Part shown: positions 34,715-44,287 of the stretch, in pieces
How positions within the stretch are numbered: position 1 is the first letter of the stretch
Layout: every line of letters begins with the position of its first letter
NCBI GenBank assembly: GCA_025594325.1
Contig: JANHCV010000017.1
Span: 124,001 to 188,000, forward strand
Length of the DNA stretch: 64,000 bases
Direction of reading: 5' to 3'
From: Blastocladiella emersonii ATCC 22665
Lineage: Eukaryota > Fungi > Blastocladiomycota
Program-made: the position numbers and the translations under genes
The notes under the pieces: model-generated
What the model was told of the DNA's origin: nothing
The model's input: only the letters and a program-made list of their open reading frames with translations
Database searches by the model: none

Positions 34715-35038
34715 CATGCGGGGCTTGGAGCTGACAGCAGAGCGGGCAGCCAGGAGGAGACTGGTCGTGTATCGACGAACGAACTCCTCCCAGACTACCT
34801 ACGAGATAGGTAATAGCAACTGAGCGGGCGCTTTCAGGCTGTCAGTCTAGCAGGCTACCAGGGCTCATCATTCATTCCTTCGTTGGCTGGGACGGCAACG
34901 CAAATGCGCGGGCCCACCGTGGCTTGAGAAGCGGCGTGGGTGTTTGGTCGGCAGGTTGGCAGTTTGACAAGTTCGCTGTTTACCTCGTTGATTGGACCGT
35001 GGGCTTTGACGACGGGCTCCACAATTAGGGGATCGAAG
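34715..35038 (+). repeat. 324-bp inverted copy of a macrosatellite segment
   Basis: Reverse complement of 43230-43553 (and of equivalents starting at 46851, 50472, 53127, 55768, 58423, 61078, 63733) with scattered substitutions. Confidence 0.95.
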
Positions 35039-37036
35039 GTCGTCTGGCCTGCCATGGTGTACCGCTCTCGCAACTTTGTGCCCAAGCTCCGCCGCTTGCA
35101 GAAGTGGGACGCGTCCGCGCGGGCTCTCATTCGCAAGAAACTGCATGTAGCGAACGCCTTCCACGCGTCAGCCCTCCACCATCCCGCGTTTCTCGCGCTC
35201 GCATCCATCGAGGAGCAGGTCACCCGGTACCACATGAAGGCGGTCATCTCTTCTCTCAACCACTGCGATATCATGATCCGCACGGCAGTCCGCTGCTCGC
35301 TCTCAGCTTTGCAGACGTATCTCACGGTCCCGTACTCGCCAATTGCCGTCCCAACCAGCGAGCCGACTGCGGAGAGTCCATGCTACTTTGGCGGCTTGCT
35401 CGAACTCATGCGCGTCCGGCGCCTCTCGATTGCCGATCTTAGCGGCGAGTATACGATCGGCAACCCCGCCACGGACCTGCCGGTTCGCCAGCTGGTGCCC
35501 TGGGGGCAGATCCCTCCCACTGTCCGCCGCGCCATGCGGGGCTACTTCATCTCGAACGTCTCGCAGCTTACTCAGCATGGCAAGATTGCAGATAGCATCA
35601 ACCCACAGTGCGCCGAGGAGTTGCTGTCGGGCCGCTTCAACCCAGCAACCTAGTGTTTCGTGCAAGTCTCTGAGCGAGCCCGGTTCGTCAATCTCGCGAC
35701 CTGCTTGCTGCAGGCCCATCTCGCCGACCCTCAAGCCCACCGACAGTGGGGCCCGTGTGCAGCCTTTCGCACCCGCGAGCCTGACCCACTCAGTGTCGAC
35801 GACCAAGTTGCTCCACCCATCAACGTCCGCGAGGCCTTCACCGCAGGCCTTCGCGTGACACAAGTCCCGGCTCAGGCGGGCCCGCTCGACCTCGATCCTG
35901 CACTGGTGCCTGTCTACACGGACGGCTCCATGGTGCCAGCTGCGGGCGGGGTCGGGTCGTCCCGCCTTGGAGCGGGCGTGTGGTTCCCGACGCTTGGTGT
36001 CCGTCTGTCAGCGCGCGTCTCGCCTGGCGTAGCTTCTTCTACGCGAGCCGAGGCGTGGGCGATCGCGCTTGCGGTCGCCGCGGCACCACAGCGCTCGCGG
36101 ATCCACATCTACTCTGACTCCCAGGCTGCCATTGCATCGGCCATCCGCGTCCTATCGTTCCTTTCCTCCTCCTCGTCTGATTCTGGCTTTCCTTCTTCCC
36201 TCAGTTCTACTGACGCATGGTCGTTTGCAGTGGCAGCCGCGCGTGCCCGCCGCGTGACCTTCACAATCTCCTGGGTCCGCGGGCACGCCGGCGTTGAGGG
36301 GAACGAGATCGCTGACGGGCTCGCCGCTGACGGGATCAATCTGGCCCAAGAGCTCGTCCTCGCTCCCCCCTTCGCCAAACAGATCCGGTTAGATGTTCAG
36401 CATGCGCTGTATTTTGATGACGTCCCCGTTCCCACCTCCTCCACTGCATTCCTCAAGATCCTGTCCACTGCACGCTGCGATGCGACCCTGCGCTCCAAGT
36501 CCGCCCTCCTTTCCTCCCTCCACACCTCCCCTGACCCCGATGAGCACCCTGACATGCTTGCGACCTCACTGGCCATTGGCTCCGGCTCCCGCCCGCTCGA
36601 TAAGCGCACCTCAAGCGCTGCGAACCGCGACATCGTCTATCGCGTTCGCCACCTCCTTGGGATCACACCCACTCGCTCACTGCTGCACGCCCGCCATCCT
36701 ACTCTAGTCACTTCACGTACTGCTATTGGCTTTCCGGCGTGCCCTCGCTCTCCCGCTGGCCAGCCCAGCCTGTCGCCCTGCTCGGTCTCGATTATTGTTC
36801 ATTCGCTCCCTCTCTCGCTACTGCTCGTTTGACGCTACTGGTCTGATTTGCTCCGTCCGTTTGTCCTATCTTCCCTCCCTCCCTCACTTCTTCCCCTTTG
36901 CTCCTTGACGTGCGTGGTCCAGGCCTTGCTGCATTGCAGCTCTGCCAGAAAAGGCCGGCGCCTGTCGTACAGTGGATACTCTGCTTGCAGGTTACAACCG
37001 CTGTTAAGGAATAAATCAAAGGTTCCAAAAAAAAAA
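35039..37036 (+). mobile_element. LINE (family A) 3' portion: post-RT region + RNase H + 3' end with AATAAA and A10
   Basis: VVWPAMVY..WDASARAL..HHPAFLAL. In-frame TAG at 35651. RNase H motifs VYTDGS, STRAEA, IYSDSQAAI, WVRGHAG..GNEIAD. AATAAA at 37010-37015, A10 at 37027-37036. Confidence 0.85.
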
Positions 37037-39254
37037 GGCACGCCGCGCAGGCACGAGATCGGTTCAGTGAGCCCATACGCCGTGATCACGCGCGATGTGT
37101 GCGACCCTCAAGGAACTGCGTGCAGTACAACTCAACGAACGGCTCAGGCAGGCGGATGCGGCGCAGCGCCAGCCGCAGGATCTGGTGCGGCACCGTGTCG
37201 AACGCCTTGCTCTTATCCTCAAAGTATACGTACAGCGGCCGGTCCACGTCGCGCGCGTGGTCAATGGCGGACGAGAGGAGCTGGATTGGGACGGTCGTGT
37301 CAGTTCCAGGGAGAACAGAGTACTTTGCGCCGCGCAGCACGTCGTGTTGGACGAGCACGGGCATAATGCGCGAGACAACGATCTTCATGAACAGCTTCGA
37401 CGCAGTCTCCATGAGCGTGATGGGCCGCATCGCCGCAGCGGTGCCCGTGTAGCCTGCGTCGGTTTTGGGGATCAGGTAGATGGAGCCTTCGCGCCACTGC
37501 GGGGGCGCGACGCCCGTGCGGAGCACGTCGTTGAACAAGTGCAAGAGCTCAGCCCGCGCGCGAGAACCAGAGTCACGCAGGAAGCGGTACGTGATGCCGG
37601 ACGGGCCAGGCGCGCGATCGGGGTGGACCGCCTTGAGCGCGTTGTCCAGCTCGTCCGCCGAGATGGGCAGCATCAGCGAGTCCCGGATCGACGGGTCAAC
37701 GCGCTCGAGCGGGGCGAAAGCGGCGGCCCACTCTGGAGACAACGGCGGAATGTCCACGCGGTCGAACCAGCCACCCACCTCCTGGGCGACCCGCCGATTG
37801 ACCTCGACGGGATCGCGGATGGTCGACTCGTCGTCAGGGCCGTGGTAAAAGTCAATGGTCGCGTTCACGCGCTTGCGGCTCATGATCGAGTCGAGCGCCG
37901 CGCGCAAATCGCTGCTGAAGAGCCGCTCGCGCCGCTGCACCGCCGCTTGGATCCGCTCCTCCTTCTTGGCAGCGGCGTCGCGGGCGCGAGCATGGGTGAT
38001 GCGCGTACGTGCCATCCGAAATTGCAACTTGGGAGACCGCGCGAGGAGCGCCTCCATGTTCTGTCCGAGCTCCTGAACGAGCGTGCGGGTCGCGGCGGGC
38101 ATCGGCTCAGCGAACTCAGCGCGCTTCTACTCCCACAAAAGCCGCATCTCGGCCTCGTGTAGATCTGAACGTACGTAGCGATCGTTTTTGTTAGCTCTTG
38201 CTCGTTTCCCACCCGCCCTGTAGCGTAGGAGACGGATGCTAAGGGCGACGTGGGTCTGAGCGTCACGAATGCGGTCCCACTGTGACTCCACGGAGACTTG
38301 GGCAGCGGCGGGATCCGCCGCAGCTAGGCGGGCGGAAACGCCCCTCGCAAACTTTCCCATGGCTTCCTCAGAGGGGCGCCGCGCCGCCCGCAAGACCCGG
38401 CCAGCCTCGTCCAGACCCACCTGGACCCGAGCCGCCATCTCGCGGTCAAAGCAGGCAGCGCCGACCGTCTCAAGCAACACGCCACGGTGATCGAAACCAC
38501 CACGCTTCCATGGGGAACTGGCCTCAACGAAAGCGACGGGAGGGCCGTGGCCTCCAGCCGCGATCGTTGTCCCATGGTCAAGGTCGACCAGTGAATACCG
38601 CCGAGAGCACCCAAGCGCGCCCTCTGTAGCGAACATGAGGTCCAGCCGACCCCCGCGACGGTGCGTCGGCGCGTTCACACTAAAATACGCGCCCACTTCC
38701 ACTGCGCCGACTTCGCCGACCAGAAAGTCAACAAAGTCGCGACTGCGGCGGCTGCTCACCACGTTGAGATCGCCCCCAAGGATGAAGTCGCAGCCAGCGC
38801 GCACGCGTCGGCGAATGAATGCGGCGAGCTCCTTCAGCTCCTCGTGCGCGCCGTTGTGCGGGGGGAAGTAAACAGAAATCAGAACAAGTGGTCCCAGCCG
38901 CGGCCGCTGTAGAACAGCCGCCACGGCGAGACCTGGGATCGCAAACCAGCCGCCGCTGAACGGCTCAAAGTCCCGGCAGATAAACAGTGCACAGCCGCCG
39001 TGACCCACAGCAGAGCTGTGGCTGGACCACCGCGTCGTCCAATCTATCTCAAGCTGCCGCCCAAGGCCAGCCTTGAGCGACGCGTACGAAGTAGGTGTTA
39101 GTCTCGTTTCTGAAATGAAGAGTGCGTCAACGGAAATATCAAAACTGTTAGTGTGCTCAACAAGGCTGAGGTAAGCGCCAGCCTTGATGCAACCGCTCAC
39201 GTTCTGGCAGAGCACGTTGAACGGGCGGGGAGAATGCTCGCGGGGCGCGGCCAT
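37037..39254 (-). pseudogene. LINE (family A) ORF2: APE endonuclease + N-terminal half of reverse transcriptase
   Basis: APE motifs QNVSG, ISET, SVYFP, GGDLN, THRRGGRLD, DHRGV. RT motifs APGPSG, YLIPK, RPITLMET..KL, DKSKAFDTVPH. In-frame TAG at 38127-38129, frameshift near 37090, and a cut at GVP before QG...YADD. Confidence 0.93.
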
Positions 39255-40762
39255 TACTGACCGCTCGCTCCCCTCCCGCGAGTCTTGGAGGAGGAGCGAA
39301 CTGGGGCCTTGCCATTGTTCAGCGAGGAAGCGGTGGCGGCAGCGGAACTCTCACCGGCGTTACCGCTGAACGCAACTTTGGGAGCCTTGGGCGGGTGAGC
39401 GCGGTCCGCCTTGACGGGCGAATCAGAAGCAGTGCGCGCGGCGGTCTTCGTCAAACCGTGGGCCTCGGGCCGATGCTGGGCAGCCGTCTGGACGGTGAGC
39501 GGCGGAATGACCGCGGCTGCAGAGGGAGCCGCAGCAGCAGCGTCGGCGACGGCGGGCGGCGGCATGAGATCGTCTTCCTCGCCCTCCTCCTCAGACGACG
39601 AGGACTCGCTAATCGTGGAAGAAGAGGTGGCCTCTGATGAGGGCGGCGAGGCTTCGCCCATAACGGCGTCAGCATTCGATTCGTCAGACAGGGCAAAGTC
39701 AGGCAGCGGCGACGTTGCCGCCTTGGTAGCCTCAAGCGAGGAAGCAATGTTAGCAAGACTGTCAGCGATCGGCGCGAGCGGGCTGCTGGGCGAGCGAGCG
39801 AACTCGTCCATGGTCGAGGCAAGCTTGCCCAGCGTGGCAAGGACGGACTGGTTGCGCTTCTCAACCATCGCAACCGCCGCCTCAATGTCAGCACGGCGCT
39901 CCGCCTGAAGGCGAGCATTCTCCTCGGTGAGATCAGAAACCTTGGCCTTCAGGAGCTGGTTCTCCTGCTCCAGCATGCGGACGCGCTCCCCGAGCGCGAG
40001 TGTGGCGGCGGAGGACTGGCCAGAAACGACGGCCTGAGAGTACGAGACGTGCTGGCGCCGCGGGCTCGAGCTGCGGGACGCAGCACGCGTGGAAGCGGCC
40101 TTGGAGGGCGACGCGGTCGCCGATTTGCTGATCACAAAAGTGGCGCCAGGAACCTGCGACGCGGTGCGGCGGCCCTTGCCCTTCTGAGAGGGGGTGCGAG
40201 CGGGCGATCCGTTGCGGAGAGTAGCAGGCGCTGCGGCCTGGCGACCACGCGTGGGAGCAGCGTTGCTCTTGGAGGGAGCAGGGCGGCGAGCCGGGGCAGC
40301 GGGCTTGAGCGGGCAGGCCGCGGCCAGGTGTGTGGCGTCGCCGCACGTGAAACAGTTCTTCTCACCCGGGGCGGCCCAGGTGAGCACGCAGCCGTCAAGC
40401 CGGAATGCAGCCTTGCGAGCCTCGTTGCGGGCCTCCTGCGACTTGAAGACGACCCACGCGGTGCGCGGCGGCAGGCCAGAGGCGGGGCGGGAAACGGACC
40501 AAGTGACCGCGCCGCGGTAGGCGAGGAAATAGAGACGGTAGTCCTTGATGAGCGTGTTGCGCGGGAGCCCGCACAGAAGAAGCGAACGCGATTTCTCCTC
40601 CTCGAGGATTTCAGCTACATTGTCAGCAACGTTCCAGATCTGCACCTGCGTACCGTGAATGATATGACCACAAGCAGTGATAAGGTTAGCGGCGGCCGCG
40701 ACATTCTGACCAAGTACGATCGCCCACTTCGTAGCGGCGGTCTTCTTACCACGGAATGGGGA
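39254..40762 (-). CDS. LINE (family A) ORF1, RRM-like + CCHC zinc knuckle, 5'-truncated
   Basis: SLLLCGLP..AWVVF (RRM-like), CFTCGDATHLAAAC, basic linker and coiled coil. The frame stays open upstream of the called GTG to 40762, where the satellite begins; no ATG. Confidence 0.85.
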   Translation of the reverse strand, partial: SPFRGKKTAATKWAIVLGQNVAAAANLITACGHIIHGTQVQIWNVADNVAEILEEEKSRSLLLCGLPRNTLIKDYRLYFLAYRGAVTWSVSRPASGLPPRTAWVVFKSQEARNEARKAAFRLDGCVLTWAAPGEKNCFTCGDATHLAAACPLKPAAPARRPAPSKSNAAPTRGRQAAAPATLRNGSPARTPSQKGKGRRTASQVPGATFVISKSATASPSKAASTRAASRSSSPRRQHVSYSQAVVSGQSSAATLALGERVRMLEQENQLLKAKVSDLTEENARLQAERRADIEAAVAMVEKRNQSVLATLGKLASTMDEFARSPSSPLAPIADSLANIASSLEATKAATSPLPDFALSDESNADAVMGEASPPSSEATSSSTISESSSSEEEGEEDDLMPPPAVADAAAAAPSAAAVIPPLTVQTAAQHRPEAHGLTKTAARTASDSPVKADRAHPPKAPKVAFSGNAGESSAAATASSLNNGKAPVRSSSKTRGRGASGQ

Positions 40763-40829
40763 TCATGTATTTCATGGCAAGTTGTCTGCACAGCAGAGAG
40801 GGGGATGTCCGGCCCAATCGGACCCTCCA

Positions 40830-43230
40830 CGGATCACAATATGCACGCAATGAATTGACTGATGATAGGGATGTACCAAACCAGCCACGTAGACAATTGT
40901 CGTGGTTGTCGAACAAAACCATATTCAAATCTTTGGCAACGCGCCTGTCCAGCTAGCCAGGGACCCATGAATCACAGTATCGACCCAACAAGATATTAGA
41001 CCATGGTAATATAGTAAACCAACCTCGTACATAATTGTCATGGTACTCAAACAAAACCATATTCAAGTCTTTGCTTTCCCGCATATCCAGCTGGCCAGGG
41101 ACCCATAAATCACGGTATCGAACGAACAAGATATCTTACCATGGAAATATAGTTAACCAGCCACGCGGACAATTGTCATGGTACTCAATCGAGACCACAT
41201 TCAAGTCTTTGCTCTCCCGCATGTCAAGCTGGTTGAAGGCCCATTAATCACAGTATCGACCCAACAAGATATTTGACCATGGAAACATAGTAAACCAGCC
41301 ACGCGGATAATTGTCATGGTACTCAATCAAAACCATATCCATATTTTTTTTTCCCCGTATGTCAAGCTGGTTGAAGACCCATAACTCACAGTATCGACCC
41401 AACAAGATATTTGACCATGGAAACATAGTAAACCAGCCACGCGGATAATTGTCATGGTACTCAATCAAAACCATATTCATATTTTTGCTTCCCCGCATGT
41501 CAAGCTGGTTGAAGACCCATAAATCACAGTATCGAACCAACAAAATATCTGACCATGGAAATATAGTTAACCAGCCACGCGGACAATTGTCATGGTACTC
41601 AATCGAAACCACATTCAAGTCTTTGCTCTCCCGCATGTCAAGCTGGTTGAAGGCCCATAAATCACAGTATCGACCCAACAAGATATTTGACCATGGAAAC
41701 ATAGTAAACCAGCCACGCGGATAATTGTCATGGTACTCAATCAAAACCATATTCAAGTCTTTGCTTTCCCGCACGTCCAGCTGGTTGAAGGCCCATAAAT
41801 CACAGTATCGACCCAACAAAGTATCTGACAACCGAAATATAGCAGACAATCCACGCAGACAATTGTCATGCCACCTAATCAAAACCATATTCAAATCTTT
41901 GGCAACGCGCCTGTCCAGCTAGCCAGGGACCCATGAATCACAGTATCGACCCAACAAGATATTAGACCATGGTAATATAGTAAACCAACCTCGTACATAA
42001 TTGTCATGGAACTCAAACAAAACCATATTCAAGTCTTTGCTTTCCCGCATATCCAGCTGGCCAGGGACCCATAAATCACAGTATCGAACGAACAAGATAT
42101 CTTACCATGGAAATATAGTTAACCAGCCACGCGGACAATTGTCATGGTACTCAATCGAGACCACATTCAAGTCTTTGCTCTCCCGCATGTCAAGCTGGTT
42201 GAAGGCCCATTAATCACAGTATCGACCCAACAAGATATTTGACCATGGAAACATAGTAAACCAGCCACGCGGATAATTGTCATGGTACTCAATCAAAACC
42301 ATATTCATATTTTTGCTTCCCCGTATGTCAAGCTGGTTGAAGACCCATAACTCACAGTATCGACCCAACAAGATATTTGACCATGGAAATATAGTTAACC
42401 AGCCACGCGGATAATTGTCATGGTACTCAATCAAAACCATATTCATATTTTTGCTTCCCCGCATGTCAAGCTGGTTGAAGACCCATAAATCACAGTATCG
42501 AACCAACAAAATATCTGACCATGGAAATATAGTTAACCAGCCACGCGGACAATTGTCATGGTACTCAATCGAAACCACATTCAAGTCTTTGCTCTCCCGC
42601 ATGTCAAGCTGGTTGAAGGCCCATTAATCACAGTATCGACCCAACAAGATATTTGACCATGGAAATATAGTAAACCAGCCACGCGGATAATTGTCATGGT
42701 ACTCAATCAAAACCATATTCAAGTCTTTGCTTTCCCGCACGTCCAGCTGGTTGAAGGCCCATAAATCACAGTATCGACCCAACAAAGTATCTGACAACCG
42801 AAATATAGCAGACAATCCACGCAGACAATTGTCATGCCACCTAATCAAAACCATATTCAAGTCTTTGCTTTCCCACATGTCAAGCTGGTTGAAGGCCCAT
42901 AAATCACAGTATCGAACCAACGAAATATCTGACCATGGAAATATAGTAAAGCAGCCACGCAGATAATTGTCATGGTACTTAATCAAAACCATATTCATAT
43001 TTTTGCTTCCCCGCATGTCAAGCTGGTTGAAGGCCCATAAATCACAGTATCGAACGAACAAGATATCTTACCATGGAAATATAGTTAACCAGCCACGCAA
43101 ATGATTGTCATGCCACTTAATCAAAACCATACTCAAATGGTCGATTACCCTCACGTCCAAGCGGCCAAGGACCCAAACCGCCAGATACCCAAATCTACGA
43201 CCACGTTGCGCACACTCCACTAGCCAACTC
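40830..43230. repeat. 138-bp AT-rich minisatellite block (~17 monomers); other blocks at about 44866-46850, 48487-50471 (~14 each) and 52108-53126, 54749-55767, 57404-58422, 60059-61077, 62714-63732 (~7 each)
   Basis: Anchor CAGTATCGA..AACAA..CCATGGAAA..AACCAGCCACGCGGA.AATTGTCATGGTACTCAATC recurs every 138 bp. Edge monomers are diverged. Confidence 0.97.
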
Positions 43231-43631
43231 TTCGATCCCCTAATTATGGAGCCCGTCGTCAAAGTCCACGGTCCAATCAACGAGGTAAACAGCGAACTTG
43301 TCAAACTGCCAACCTGCCAACCAAACACCCACGCCGCTTCTCAAGCCACGGTGGGCCCGCGCATTTGCGTTGCCGTCCCAGCCAACGAAGGAATGACTGA
43401 TGAGCCCTGGTAGCCTGCTAGACTGACAGCCTGACAGCGCCCGCTCAGTTGCTATTATCTATCTCGTAGGTAGTCTGGGAGGAGTTCGTTAGTCGATACG
43501 CGACCAGTCTCCTCCTGGCTGCCCGCTCTGCTGCCATCTCCAAGGCCCGCATGAAGATGGGCCAGGGAGGTTTACGAGCATTTCCTATCTCTCCTCTCTC
43601 CGTGTGAAACCATTCACCCGCGGACGGATGC

Positions 43632-43716
43632 GCACCACGCACCGTGCACCGCGCACCGCGCACCGCGCACCGCGCACCGTGCACCGCGCACCGCGCACCG
43701 CGCACAGCGCACCGCG
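43632..43716 (+). repeat. (GCACCGC)n 7-bp microsatellite present in every macrosatellite unit
   Basis: Direct reading; the copy near 53530 lacks 14 bp (two units), which explains the 2641-bp period. Confidence 0.92.
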
Positions 43717-44204
43717 GACAGCGCCCGATGCACCACACGCTGCGCACACGGCGCCAACGGCCACGCTGGTGTCACGCACACACACTCGCATGAACGGCAA
43801 GCAGGCAAGGCTTCCTCAACTCAACCATGATCCATCGTCCATGTCTGCTCGCTCCAACGGGTGCGCCTGCCTACCCTCCCAGTGCCATCGATTGATTGAT
43901 TCATGTCCAGTGCTGCCCATGCTTTCATGGCCGCGGGGTCCGTCAGAACGCCTTGCAATGCGTGCGCCTGCATGCACCTGCACTGCAGAGCGCTGCAGAG
44001 GGCTGCACAGCGCTGCGGAGGGCTGCAGAGGGCTAAGGCGGCAGGGCTTCTCCTCCTGCAGGGGACAGTACCAAGGCCAAGGAGTGCTAGTGACTACTAA
44101 CGGAATGGTGATTGGCCCCCTTCACACGCTCCTGGCAGGACTGCGTGTGGGCGTGCGGGCGTTTGTGCGTGCGTGCCTTGATTCGTCCACCATCATACGC
44201 GCAA

Positions 44205-44287
44205 AGTGACCAAGTGACCAAGTGACCAAGTGACCAAGGTGACCAAGGTGACCAAGGTGACCAAGGTGACCAAGGTGACCAAGTGAC
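44205..44287 (+). repeat. (GTGACCAA)n/(GGTGACCAA)n 8/9-bp microsatellite present in every complete unit
   Basis: Direct reading; 8-mers followed by 9-mers. Confidence 0.92.

Noticed and set aside
40646-40749. Apparent intron (GTAAGA...CTAAC...CAG) upstream of LINE ORF1
   Set aside because: The ORF1 frame reads through this stretch with RRM-like sequence up to the satellite junction, so 5' truncation is the simpler reading.
35039-40762. Classic twin-priming 5' inversion
   Set aside because: Twin priming leaves the two pieces head-to-head; here poly(A) abuts the RT break tail-to-tail.
41270-41290. RFX X-box-like TGACCATGGAAAC in the monomers
   Set aside because: Only a half-site match, and absent from the promoter of the one ciliary gene in the window.
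34715-43553. 8.8-kb DNA transposon with 324-bp TIRs
   Set aside because: No transposase and no TSD found; the right-hand copy is an internal part of every satellite unit rather than a terminus.
44205-44287. Telomere-like repeat
   Set aside because: No G-run resembling TTAGGG-type repeats; short and internal to each unit.
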